A stretch of 63,659 nucleotides of DNA, filler included. It is 9 parts of 9 records of this genome, joined end to end, with 100 filler letters (N's around TTAATTAATTAA, not from the genome) between each part and the next. Parts side by side here need not be neighbours in the genome. Positions count along the whole stretch, not along the records: positions 22,024 to 31,778 come from SRR31156797_75959; positions 31,879 to 39,383 come from SRR31156797_76025; positions 39,484 to 45,221 come from SRR31156797_76144; 6 more parts are not named here. The stretch is one strand, 5' to 3'. The position numbers were made by a program, and so were the translations under genes. Below are positions 30,991-41,057 of the stretch, one piece after another (the stretch's first letter is position 1; every line of letters begins with the position of its first letter). A model generated the notes under the pieces. It was given only the letters and a program-made list of their open reading frames with translations, was not told where the DNA came from and searched no databases.

Positions 30991-31073
30991 GGGAGAAGCC
31001 GTGAAATTCTTAAGGGTATGGACCTGTTGGCTTCAATCTGCTATCTTGTGGCCTTTTACCGGCGGGAGAACCG

Positions 31074-31778
31074 ATGCATCAAACTGTTAGATCCAACATC
31101 CTCCGACTCTACGTCATCAAGCTCTCCAAGTGGCTGATGCTGACCATGCCCATCGTGTTCTTGTTTTACCGGGAGAACGGCCTTACCACCCATGACCTGT
31201 TCCTGCTCAAGGCGGTCTATTCGGCTGCCATCGTTTGCCTGGAGATTCCCTCCGGCTATTTCGGGGATATCTGGGGAAGAAAACGCTCCCTGATCCTGGG
31301 AAGCGTGCTGGGATTTGTGGGATTCGCCCTTTACTGCGTCTCCACGGGGTTCTGGGGATTCCTGGCCTGTGAGATCATCCTCGGCATCGGCCAGAGTTTC
31401 ATATCCGGCTCCGACTCCGCCCTGCTCTATGACACCCTCCAGGAAGCAAAAAAAGAAAAGGAGTATCTGAAAATCGAGGGACGGCTGATCTCCGCCGGCA
31501 ACTTTGCCGAGGCCATTGCCGCCCCCCTGGGGGTGCTCATTGCCGCCATCAGCCTTCGCACCACCTTTTTTTTCCAGGCGGCCGTGGCATTCTCCGCCAT
31601 CCCGGCGGCCCTGACCCTGTTCGAGCCCCAGCGCAGGGAGATGACCGGCACCACCAGTTTCAAACAGATCCTCAGGATCGTGCGGTATGCCCTGTTCGAA
31701 AACCAGGGACTCCAGGCGACCATCGTCTATTCGTCCATCATGGGCACCGCCACCCTGACCATGGCCTGGTTTGTCCAG
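31074..31778 (+). CDS. MFS transporter, 3'-truncated
   Basis: LEIPSGYFGDIWGRKRSL, SGSDSALLYDTL. Confidence 0.9.
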
Positions 31779-31878
31779 NNNNNNNNNNNNNNNNNNNNNN
31801 NNNNNNNNNNNNNNNNNNNNNNTTAATTAATTAANNNNNNNNNNNNNNNNNNNNNNNNNNNNNNNNNNNNNNNNNNNN
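31779..31878. other. Artificial contig spacer 4
   Basis: N44-TTAATTAATTAA-N44. Confidence 0.99.
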
Positions 31879-31907
31879 CTAAAGGTAGAAAAAGATTAGC
31901 TGTTTAA
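31879..31907 (+). CDS. rpmH: Ribosomal protein bL34, 3' end only
   Basis: KGRKRLAV* directly ahead of rnpA-yidD-yidC. Confidence 0.85.
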
Positions 31908-32230
31908 GCAAATCACACCGTATTAATACTCCACGGGAGTTTAAACAAATATATAACTCAAATAAAAAATGGCACACAAAAGGTTTTGTCATCTTTTATT
32001 TACAAGATAAAGCACTCAAACTTGCTTTTATATCAAGCAAAAAAGTTGGAAATGCTGTAACTAGAAATAAAGCAAGAAGAGTTTTAAGAGCTTTAGCTTT
32101 AGAATATGAACAAAAAATAAAAACAGGAAAATATATTTTTGTAGCAAAAAATGAGCTTTTTGAAAGAGATCATAAGACTCTGAAAAAAGATTTCCAGTTT
32201 GCTATGAAAAGATTAGGTTTATTTGAATGA
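31895..32230 (+). CDS. rnpA: RNase P protein component (missing from the ORF track; probable ATT start)
   Basis: 111-codon frame ISCLSKSHRINTPREFKQIY...SKKVGNAVTRNKARR...YIFVAK with the RNR motif; canonical synteny. Confidence 0.92.
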   Translation: MSCLSKSHRINTPREFKQIYNSNKKWHTKGFVIFYLQDKALKLAFISSKKVGNAVTRNKARRVLRALALEYEQKIKTGKYIFVAKNELFERDHKTLKKDFQFAMKRLGLFE

Positions 32231-32589
32231 CGAAAAAAAATGGATTCTTTTTTACGCCAAATAAAATCGTGATCTCATTTATAAACTTTTATCAAAAATA
32301 TTTAACTATTCTTTCATATGGAAGTTGCAGATACCATCCAACTTGCTCATCTTATGCAAAAATGCAATTAGAACACAACAATTTTTTCAAAGCAATTTTT
32401 TTATCAACACTTCGAATACTCAAATGTAATCCACTTTTTCCTGGGGGTTTTGACTATGTTAAAACAAAGTGTCCTAAAAAAGAGGATCTAAACCAAGAAT
32501 TTAAAAAGATTCAGGTAAAATACTGGAAAATTCCAGTAGATAACAATCACTGCTTAATAATAAAACACAATAAATTATGGGATAAATAA
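32227..32589 (+). CDS. yidD: Membrane protein insertion efficiency factor
   Basis: CRYHPTCSSYA, RILKCNPLFPGGFD. Confidence 0.95.
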   Translation: MTKKNGFFFTPNKIVISFINFYQKYLTILSYGSCRYHPTCSSYAKMQLEHNNFFKAIFLSTLRILKCNPLFPGGFDYVKTKCPKKEDLNQEFKKIQVKYWKIPVDNNHCLIIKHNKLWDK

Positions 32590-32591
32590 AT

Positions 32592-34259
32592 ATGGCATTA
32601 AACGACAACAATTTAAATAAACAACAAACACAAAAAAGAATTTTAATCGCAACTGTTTTATCATTTGCATTTTTTATAGCATACGACTTTTTGTATCTAA
32701 AGCCTCAACAAGAGGCAATGCAAGTAGAACAGGCCAAAAAACAACTTGAACAACAAAGTGTACAAAAAGATGAGAATAGTGCTCCAACAGCATCACAAGC
32801 TTCAGCTCCACAAACACAAACTACTGCTAACCAAGCTCCCGTTGCAAATAGTACTTCAACAAGTGGTGTAGCTTCGATTATTAAAACAAAACATAATATT
32901 TTTGAAATTGATAATCTTGGAAGAATCTCTCAAATTACATTAGAAGACAAACAATATATTGATGAAAATGACAAACAAATAGATCTTTTTGCAAATAATC
33001 AGTTACGCCCTTTAGAGGTTAGATTTGCGGATGGAGAAACAAATGGTGAAGCTTTTAAAACAGATGTAGTAGCAAGTAGTGCAAACCTAGATGCGACTAC
33101 TAGTGTACAAAAACTAACATTAACTCAAACTCTTAGCAAAACAACTCTTACAAAAGTACTTACATTTTATCCTGATGGACATTATGACTTAGAAGTAAGT
33201 TCTACAAATAAATATGAGTTTTTCATCACTCCAGGGTTTAGACCAAATGTATTAGCTGATATGTATACTGACCATGGGGCTTTAATGGCTTTAAATGATG
33301 GAACATTAAAGATCATAGAAGATGAAGATATGGATAAAAACGCTGAACTTATTGGAGTTCAGATAGCTTCAGCATTTGATAGATACTATGCAACAGTACT
33401 GTATAGCTTTGATACTAGCATGGCAGTAAGCGTAATGAAAGATGTGAATGATTCACCAAATATGTTTATCCATGCAAAAGACAATATTAAACTTCATGGA
33501 TATGCAGGACCAAAAGACTATAAAACATTAGAAGCACTTCATCCAAAATTAACAGATGTGATCGAATATGGTTGGTTTACATTTATTGCAAAACCTATGT
33601 TTAGTATGCTTCAATATGTACATGAATATGTAGGAAACTGGGGATGGACGATCGTTATCGTTACACTTTTAGTAAAACTTATTTTATTCCCATTATCTCA
33701 TAAAGGGATGGTTTCTATGAATAGATTAAAAGAGCTTGCTCCGAAGATCAAATCTATTCAAGAAAAATATGGAGATGATAAACAAAAAGCTTCTATGCAT
33801 ATGATGGAGCTTTATAAAAAAGAGGGGGCCAACCCAATGGGTGGATGTCTTCCTCTTATCCTACAGATCCCAGTATTCTTTGCAATCTATAGAGTTCTTT
33901 TAAATGCTATTGAGCTTAAAGGTGCTGAGTGGATTCTTTGGATTCATGATCTAGCTGAGATGGATCCATACTTTGTATTACCAATTTTAATGGGTGTAAC
34001 TATGTTTATCCAACAGAAGATCACACCAAATACAATGCAAGATGAGATGCAAAAGAAGATATTCCAATTACTTCCAGTAATTTTTACATTCTTCTTCTTA
34101 TGGTTCCCTGCTGGACTTACTTTATACTGGTTTATCAACAACCTATTTACAATAGTTCACCAATACTATTTAAATAAAATGTTTGAAAAAGCAAAAGAGG
34201 AAAGACACGAAAAACATATCGAAGAGAAACAAACAAAAAAACCTAATAAGAAAAAATAG
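32592..34259 (+). CDS. yidC: Membrane protein insertase
   Basis: GNWGWTIV, NPMGGCLPLILQIPVF, PAGLTLYW. Confidence 0.97.
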   Translation: MALNDNNLNKQQTQKRILIATVLSFAFFIAYDFLYLKPQQEAMQVEQAKKQLEQQSVQKDENSAPTASQASAPQTQTTANQAPVANSTSTSGVASIIKTKHNIFEIDNLGRISQITLEDKQYIDENDKQIDLFANNQLRPLEVRFADGETNGEAFKTDVVASSANLDATTSVQKLTLTQTLSKTTLTKVLTFYPDGHYDLEVSSTNKYEFFITPGFRPNVLADMYTDHGALMALNDGTLKIIEDEDMDKNAELIGVQIASAFDRYYATVLYSFDTSMAVSVMKDVNDSPNMFIHAKDNIKLHGYAGPKDYKTLEALHPKLTDVIEYGWFTFIAKPMFSMLQYVHEYVGNWGWTIVIVTLLVKLILFPLSHKGMVSMNRLKELAPKIKSIQEKYGDDKQKASMHMMELYKKEGANPMGGCLPLILQIPVFFAIYRVLLNAIELKGAEWILWIHDLAEMDPYFVLPILMGVTMFIQQKITPNTMQDEMQKKIFQLLPVIFTFFFLWFPAGLTLYWFINNLFTIVHQYYLNKMFEKAKEERHEKHIEEKQTKKPNKKK

Positions 34260-34275
34260 ATAAAGGAGATGTGTC

Positions 34276-35136
34276 ATGGGAAGTATATCTTTTGAGGGTA
34301 CTACACTTGAAGAAGCATATGAAAGTGCTACTTCAACGTTAAAATGTTCCATTACGGATCTTCATATCGAGGTTGTTCAATCTCCATCAAAAGGTTTTTT
34401 AGGATTATTTGCTAAAAAAGCTATTATCAATGTAGAGCATAAAAACTTACAAAACTCATCTACCTCTTCCCAAGAAGAAGCTGATGAGTCATATGAATAT
34501 GAAACACTCAATTCAAAACTTGAAGCACTTCATAAAAAAGAGGAAAAAACATCCCCTAAAACTCCTAAAGTAGAAAATCTAAAACAGATCAAAAAAGAGA
34601 AGATCTTCGAAGATTTTTATACAAAAGAGCAAGAAAAACTTCATAAAAACCCTGTAGTTCAAGGGGATAATGAAGCTCTTATCAAAGAGATCAAAACAAA
34701 AGTAGATACACTTTTCTCTCATCTTTGTTATAAAATTGATGGAGTTATTGTAGATATTATAGATGATGAAAAAACAGTATATATTGAATTCAATGGGGCA
34801 GATAGTGCTCTTTTAATTGGGAAAGAGGGATATAGATATAAAGCTCTTTCATATATCCTTTTTAATTGGATCAATGAAAAATATGGGATGATGCTCCGTC
34901 TTGAAGTTGCAGAATTTTTAAAAACACAAGAAAACTCTATCCATAATTATTTAGAACCAGTTATTGAAACTATTAAAACTGATGGTTTTTATAAAACAAA
35001 ACCACTTGATGGGATACTGGTACATATTGCTCTCTCAAAGCTCCGAGATGAATTCCCTGATAAGTATGTAGCTGTCAAAACAAATATTCGTGGAGAGAAA
35101 TATATCTTAGTCAATGAATATAAAAATGCTAGATAA
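34276..35136 (+). CDS. jag: Jag (KhpB/EloR) RNA-binding protein, Campylobacterota type
   Basis: Jag_N TLEEAY...SKGFLGLF; KH motif LLIGKEGYRYKAL. Confidence 0.85.
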   Translation: MGSISFEGTTLEEAYESATSTLKCSITDLHIEVVQSPSKGFLGLFAKKAIINVEHKNLQNSSTSSQEEADESYEYETLNSKLEALHKKEEKTSPKTPKVENLKQIKKEKIFEDFYTKEQEKLHKNPVVQGDNEALIKEIKTKVDTLFSHLCYKIDGVIVDIIDDEKTVYIEFNGADSALLIGKEGYRYKALSYILFNWINEKYGMMLRLEVAEFLKTQENSIHNYLEPVIETIKTDGFYKTKPLDGILVHIALSKLRDEFPDKYVAVKTNIRGEKYILVNEYKNAR

Positions 35137-36475
35137 TGATACTATAGTTGCTATTGCAACTGCAAATGGGATAGGATCAATATCAATTGTAAGGCTAAGT
35201 GGTCCACACGCCTTACAAATAGCTCTACAAATATCAAAAAAAGAAAAAATCACCCCAAGATACGCTACTTTAGCAAAACTTTATGACTATAAAGATGAGA
35301 TGATCGATGAAGCTCTTCTTATATATTTTAAAAATCCTGCATCTTTTACAGGAGAAGATATTGTAGAGTTTCAATGCCATGGGGGGATTGCTATTTCAAA
35401 TCTTGTTTTGGAAACCACTTTAAAATATGGTGCAAGACTAGCAAACCCAGGGGAGTTTTCAAAACGTGCTTTTTTCAATGGAAAAATAGATCTCTCTCAA
35501 GCTCAAGCAATTGCAAAGATAATTGAAGCTAGAAGTGAAGATGGAGTAAAACTCTTAGCTAAACAGCTTAGAGGAGATCTTAAAGAATTTGTAGAAAATA
35601 TTCGAAAAGATCTTTTATTTATGCTTGCTTATACTGAGGTCAATATTGATTATGCTGAAGAGGATCTTCCCTCTGATATCTATCAACAGATCCAAGAAAA
35701 ACTAGATAAAATAGACAAGCTTTTAAATAACACTTTAAACGCTAGTAAACAAAGAGATGGTTTGATCAATGGTTTTAAAGTAGCAATTATAGGAAAACCA
35801 AATGTAGGAAAATCAAGTTTACTTAATAAACTTCTTAATATTAACAGAGCAATTGTAAGTGATATTGCAGGAACTACAAGAGATACCATAGAAGAGTCTG
35901 TAAAGATTGGAACCCATATAATAAATATAGTAGATACTGCAGGGATTCGAGATGCAGATGATGAGATAGAACAGATTGGAATAGAAAAAACCTATGATAC
36001 TATCAATGAAGCAGATATTATCCTAGCTTTATTTGATAGCAGTAGAGATTTAGATATCCAAGATGAGAAGATCATAGAGATGTTGAAAAATAATGAAAAA
36101 GAGACTATTATTCTTCTAACAAAATCTGATCTGTCACAAAAAATAGATACAAAAATAATAAAAAATCTTAAAAAAACACTTATTACACAAAATACTAAAG
36201 AAGATATAAGTGAACTTATATCAAAATTAGAACTTATATTAAATAACAATACCCATAGTGATGATATGACCCTTGTATCGAAACATCAGATTACAAGTGT
36301 GGAACAAACTCTGCTTCATATACACAATGCAAAACCAGTGATTGAAAAGGGTGATCTAGAGTTTTTTGCCTTTGAGATCAATGAAGCACTACAAAATATC
36401 TCACAAATCACTCAAGCGTATGAACACTCACAAATGCTTGATGTGATGTTTGGTGAGTTTTGTTTAGGAAAATAG
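35126..36475 (+). CDS. mnmE: tRNA modification GTPase
   Basis: DTIVAIAT, GKPNVGKSS, GTTRD, DTAG, FCLGK. Confidence 0.97.
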   Translation: MLDNDTIVAIATANGIGSISIVRLSGPHALQIALQISKKEKITPRYATLAKLYDYKDEMIDEALLIYFKNPASFTGEDIVEFQCHGGIAISNLVLETTLKYGARLANPGEFSKRAFFNGKIDLSQAQAIAKIIEARSEDGVKLLAKQLRGDLKEFVENIRKDLLFMLAYTEVNIDYAEEDLPSDIYQQIQEKLDKIDKLLNNTLNASKQRDGLINGFKVAIIGKPNVGKSSLLNKLLNINRAIVSDIAGTTRDTIEESVKIGTHIINIVDTAGIRDADDEIEQIGIEKTYDTINEADIILALFDSSRDLDIQDEKIIEMLKNNEKETIILLTKSDLSQKIDTKIIKNLKKTLITQNTKEDISELISKLELILNNNTHSDDMTLVSKHQITSVEQTLLHIHNAKPVIEKGDLEFFAFEINEALQNISQITQAYEHSQMLDVMFGEFCLGK

Positions 36476-37234
36476 ATGCTACGTAATTCACAAGTTTTAG
36501 AATTTTTAGAAGAGGATAAAATTTGCTCTTATTATGATGATAGACTCTCAGATATTAGATATAGATATATGGAAAACTGCTCCCCAACAGAACAAATGGC
36601 TATGCTTGAGCGTGGTTGGAGACGATTTGGAAATATGCATTTTGTCCCTGAGTGTAAAAACTGCAATGACTGTAAAACTATAAGGATAGATATAAAAAAC
36701 TTCCACTTTACAAAATCTCAAAAAAGAGTATTAAATAAAAATAAAGATACTAAAGTCTATATCCAAAAACCAAGTGTTACTTACGAACACCTTGATCTTT
36801 TTAATAAATATCATCGTCATATGGAAGGGAAAAAAAACTGGCATGAGAATGTGATCGATGTACAAGAGTATCATAACTCTTATGTAAATGGAGCCCATGA
36901 ATATGGAAAAGAGATCCTCTATTTTAGAGAAAATAAACTTGTAGCAGTAGCACTAAGTGATCTTTTAAGTGAAGGGATCTCAGCAGTATATTGCTACTAT
37001 GATCATACTTACGAAGAGCTTTCTTTAGGACAGTTTTCTATTTTAGCTCAAATTAGCATTGCAAAAAAAGCAAATATTCCATATCTCTATTTAGGATACT
37101 GGATAAAAGATCATTTTAGTATGGGATATAAAGAAAGATATAAACCTTTTGAGGTTTTAGAAAACAGACCAAAATTAAATGAAGAAACTATATGGAGCTA
37201 TCATGAGCGAGACAAGAAAAACAGAAATAATTGA
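36476..37234 (+). CDS. Arginyl-tRNA-protein transferase family (ATE/Bpt)
   Basis: CSY, GWRRFG, CxxCxxC, KSQKR, SAVYCYYD, YLYLGYWI, YK. Confidence 0.88.
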   Translation: MLRNSQVLEFLEEDKICSYYDDRLSDIRYRYMENCSPTEQMAMLERGWRRFGNMHFVPECKNCNDCKTIRIDIKNFHFTKSQKRVLNKNKDTKVYIQKPSVTYEHLDLFNKYHRHMEGKKNWHENVIDVQEYHNSYVNGAHEYGKEILYFRENKLVAVALSDLLSEGISAVYCYYDHTYEELSLGQFSILAQISIAKKANIPYLYLGYWIKDHFSMGYKERYKPFEVLENRPKLNEETIWSYHERDKKNRNN

Positions 37235-37643
37235 TGAAGAGATCGAAGATTTTGAAGATGAAAGTCTAGAGTCACAAGAGGAAATAGAATCACCTGAATC
37301 AATTAGAGATGAACTTTTTGAAAAAATAAAAGATGCACTTTTAGAAGAAGACCCTATTAGACTTCTTAAAAAATTCTATCAATATGCTGAAGAGCATACA
37401 GAGTATGATTTTGATGATATGGGATTGGATTTTGAAGAGGGTGAAGATGTTCTTAGACGTTGTAACACTTTAAAAGATAAAATTATCGATACCCTTAACA
37501 ACTCTTTTGAAGAGCTAGAGTTTACTCCTGCAACAATAGATACACTCCATATGATGATCATTACAACCACCACTTATAAAGAGCAAAGTTTTAAAGTAAT
37601 TATAGAAGTTTTTGAAGATAGTTTTGATCTAGAGCTAGCATAA
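37203..37643 (+). CDS. Hypothetical very acidic protein
   Basis: GGAG SD before ATG 37203; E/D-rich; codon style matches neighbours. Confidence 0.7.
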   Translation: MSETRKTEIIDEEIEDFEDESLESQEEIESPESIRDELFEKIKDALLEEDPIRLLKKFYQYAEEHTEYDFDDMGLDFEEGEDVLRRCNTLKDKIIDTLNNSFEELEFTPATIDTLHMMIITTTTYKEQSFKVIIEVFEDSFDLELA

Positions 37644-37661
37644 TAAGGTATCCAATATAAT

Positions 37662-39383
37662 ATGAAAAAACCAATCTCTAATAAAGCACTTATCTTTCGT
37701 ATCATTGTACTGATGTTATTTTTAAGTGTTTCTATCTTATTTATCTCCACGGAATATCTTAAAAAAACAGCAGTAGATAATCTTGCAAGTGATGATGCAA
37801 AAAAAACGGCTCAACTTGTTTTTGAAACAATCAATACAAGGATGCAAGAGGGATGGACAAAAGGGGATCTTGACAAGATCATTGATCGGCTTCATATTAT
37901 TCGAAAAGGGATGGATATAAACTCTTATAGAAGTCCCCAAGTAGAGGAACTTTTTGGTGTAGTCCCAGGAGTACATGAAACAATTGCAAGCGATCCTATG
38001 ATTCAAAAAGCGATGAAAGGTGAAGAGATCTTTTATGTGGATGAAGAAACAGGAATGGTTCGATTCTTGTATCCAATGATTGCAAAAAACGAATGTATCC
38101 ATTGTCATGTCAATGTAAAAGATGGCTCAGTCAATGGTGTTTTAGATATCACTTTTCCACAAAGTGATATAAAAATCTCTCTTGATAGTATCACCTTTTA
38201 TATGATCACTTTTTTTGTGATCTTTTTACTACTTATGGCATATCTTTTTTACACTATAGTAAATAAAAAAATGGTAGAACCAATTGTTAAACTAACAAAT
38301 AATATTCAAGAGATAGAACAAAGTAAAGATCTTGATCGTACAGTACAAATGGATACAAATATTAGTGAGCTTAATATTTTACAAAATAGTTTTAACAGCC
38401 TTCTTACTACTATTAAATACTACTATGCAAAGATGATAGAAAGTATCTATAGAGATAAACTTACTGGCATTTATAATCTTACAAAGCTTCAAGAAGACTT
38501 AGAACAAAGCAATACAAAAAAAGCTCTTCTAAGTTTTGATATACGAGCATTAGGGATGATCAATAGAGTATATGGTCACAGTGTAGCTGATATCTTGATC
38601 CAACAATTTGCAACTACAATGCAAGAGATCGTAAAAGAGAAAGGAACACTTTATAGACTCTATGGAGATGAATTTGCAGTAGCATATGATACAGAGGTTT
38701 CATTAGATGAGATTCATCATATTTTACAACAACTAAAAGATCATAAATTTATCTATAAAGATAGAGAGTTTATTTTAGATATTACCTTAGGTTTTGTAAA
38801 CTCATTTGATAAAGACTCTTTAGAAAAAGCCAATATTGCATTAAAATTTGCAAAAACTAATAAAAAAAATATCTATGAATATAATGATACACTTGCAGTG
38901 AAAGATGAAGATAACAATCATATCAACTGGCTAAAAAAACTAGAAATTGCTATTGATAATGATCAATTAGTTCCATATTTTATGCCTATGAAAAATACAA
39001 AAACTGGAAAAATCGATAAGTATGAAACTCTTATTCGAATCGATAATGGGGAAGAGGTTTATACCCCTTATCATTTTATGGAGATAGCAGTTGCAAGTGG
39101 TAAATACCAGTTTATCACCCAAACTGTTATTCAAAAAACCTTTGAATATTTTAAAAATAAAAAAGATCTAAAGTTTTCTATCAATCTTTCTTTAAGCGAT
39201 ATTACAAATAGTCAAACCATGGATCTATTATACGCAAATCTTGAAAAATTTGAACACAGCCACAATATTATTTTAGAACTGTTAGAAACAGAAGAACTCT
39301 CAGACTATGTACTTTTAAATAATTTCATTAAAAATGTAAAAAAGTATAATGTAAAAGTAGCAATAGATGATTTTGGAAGTGGA
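37662..39383 (+). CDS. Membrane sensor: periplasmic CxxCH domain, HAMP-like linker, GGDEF (YGDEF) and EAL (ETL), 3'-truncated
   Basis: ECIHCH between two TMs; DKLTGIYN, RLYGDEF; YETLIRI, SINLS, ELLETE, AIDDFGSG. Confidence 0.88.
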
Positions 39384-39483
39384 NNNNNNNNNNNNNNNNN
39401 NNNNNNNNNNNNNNNNNNNNNNNNNNNTTAATTAATTAANNNNNNNNNNNNNNNNNNNNNNNNNNNNNNNNNNNNNNNNNNNN
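39384..39483. other. Artificial contig spacer 5
   Basis: N44-TTAATTAATTAA-N44. Confidence 0.99.
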
Positions 39484-39699
39484 GGGCGACAGCCTTGAAC
39501 CTGTTAATAAACCTAAATCCCCTTATGAGGCTTACTAGCCCTCTATTGAAGAGGGCCAGACTGGGGACTCATCCGTCCTCGCAAGAATCAGTAGACAGGG
39601 TATAAGAAGGACCGCTTTCGCTCCCTCAGGTCTCTGTTCCTATTCCGGGAAGGATTACAAAGGCGCCTCAACAGGGGTGCGTTTCCCGGGCCCCGTCCC

Positions 39700-40155
39700 T
39701 CATGACGCCCTTGAGCTCAGATACGCCTTTATCGGCTGAATGCAAACCAGGTTTATTATCATTCCATAAAAAATACCTAATAACGCCACACTGAAGTTTG
39801 CAGTTTCCTGCAGCATCTCCGGCTCTCCGCTGGCATATGAGAATATGCCTATAAACCCGATAAACGTGGCAATAGCCGCTCCCAGGTAGATCTGTCGTCC
39901 GGCCGAATGAACGACCTCGGCAGCACGGGCGTATTCATCTGGTTCGGCCTCGTATCTTGAGAAAGCCAGGGCAAAGCTGGACCAGAATTCTTTCCAGCCG
40001 AATGTACCGATCAGCATGGGAAAAGCATAAAGCAGTATGACTGATAGAGAAGCCACATCTATAAAAACTCCAATAGATATTCCGGAAACCAATACGGTAG
40101 CAACGATAGCGGCTATTGCAATCGCAAGTGCGGTGAAGTAGTTCAATAATTTCAT
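39700..40155 (-). CDS. Short MotA/TolQ/ExbB-like membrane protein
   Basis: FIDVASLSVI, ATFIGFIGIF, FSVALLGIFYGMIINLVCIQPI align by eye to MotA/PomA TM2-TM4. Confidence 0.7.
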   Translation of the reverse strand: MKLLNYFTALAIAIAAIVATVLVSGISIGVFIDVASLSVILLYAFPMLIGTFGWKEFWSSFALAFSRYEAEPDEYARAAEVVHSAGRQIYLGAAIATFIGFIGIFSYASGEPEMLQETANFSVALLGIFYGMIINLVCIQPIKAYLSSRAS

Positions 40156-40208
40156 AAGCGCTCCTTATACTATTTCAATACCGGAAAAACATGTCCGGTG
40201 CATGTCCC

Positions 40209-40502
40209 TTATTCATCCCTGATCAAGGCAATCTCAACAACATAGGAACTGGCTTCGAAGGCCCTCTTCAAGGGCCTCTGAAGCTGTTCGCGCTGAATGA
40301 AATAATCCAGCGAGTGCTCCCTCCTCAAATGAATGGAACCCCATAGGAGGAGCATGCACGCCGCCGCCGCTCCCATGCGGAGAAGCAGGGGAACGATCTT
40401 ATTTCCGAATCCCCTTCCCCGGGCCCTGACCGGAGGCTCCCGACGCAAACGAACCTCCTCATTGAAAAACTGTTTCAGCTGCTCATCTATATCCGTTCTC
40501 AT
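40209..40502 (-). CDS. Small single-TM protein, putative anti-sigma factor
   Basis: ATGA overlap with the ECF gene; one hydrophobic segment. Confidence 0.6.
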   Translation of the reverse strand: MRTDIDEQLKQFFNEEVRLRREPPVRARGRGFGNKIVPLLLRMGAAAACMLLLWGSIHLRREHSLDYFIQREQLQRPLKRAFEASSYVVEIALIRDE

Positions 40503-41011
40503 ATATCTGCCTCCCAGTGAGATTCAATCCAGGATTTTGCTTTGTAGCTAAGGTACTTTACCGTCCCGACAGGTTTTCCCATGACCCGAGCAATATCTCT
40601 GAAAGTCATATCCTCATAATATTTCAAGAACAGAACCTGCTTTTCATTAGAGGGAAGCCTGGATAGCAGATATCTCATCCGCTTCATATCAGACTCTGCT
40701 TCCATCTGATTTTCAGGAGACGTCACTCTCGATACCAGTTGGTTCTCATCATCCAAACCTGACATGACGGGCTGACGCTTCTGCTTCCGCAGGACATCAA
40801 GGCAGTGATTTCGGGCGACCGTGTAGATCCAGGTGCTCAGGGCATAGCGATCATCATAGCGATAGATGCGGGATACCAGCTTTTCCAGTATGTCTTGTAA
40901 GGTATCTTCCCTCTCCTGACAGATCATCGGAAAGTTCAGATCGATATAGGTTCGGAGAGGAGCTATATAGTCTCTGTTTATCTGCTTTATGTACTCATCC
41001 CTGCGGCTCAT
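40499..41011 (-). CDS. ECF sigma factor
   Basis: STWIYTVARNHCLDVLRK (region 2); MTFRDIARVMGKPVGTVK (region 4). Confidence 0.92.
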   Translation of the reverse strand: MSRRDEYIKQINRDYIAPLRTYIDLNFPMICQEREDTLQDILEKLVSRIYRYDDRYALSTWIYTVARNHCLDVLRKQKRQPVMSGLDDENQLVSRVTSPENQMEAESDMKRMRYLLSRLPSNEKQVLFLKYYEDMTFRDIARVMGKPVGTVKYLSYKAKSWIESHWEADI

Positions 41012-41018
41012 ACCCTAT

Positions 41019-41045
41019 TATACGGAGGAGGAGGAAAAGGGTTGG
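41019..41045 (-). promoter_or_regulatory. Candidate autoregulatory ECF promoter
   Basis: Minus strand CCAAC-N16-CGTATA; the CGT ends 10 nt before the ATG; no clear SD. Confidence 0.55.
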
Positions 41046-41057
41046 AAAATACATCAC

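Noticed and set aside
22024..31778. Selenocysteine or pyrrolysine readthrough in Desulfobacterota-like genes
   Set aside because: Complete genes end at expected family lengths, and I saw no in-frame TGA/TAG splitting a conserved domain
39496..39680. GAACCTG and AGGGGTGC words suggesting a TPP riboswitch, and GAGGCGC suggesting a lysine riboswitch
   Set aside because: Motifs are in the wrong order, and CTGAGA or GCCGAA core elements are missing
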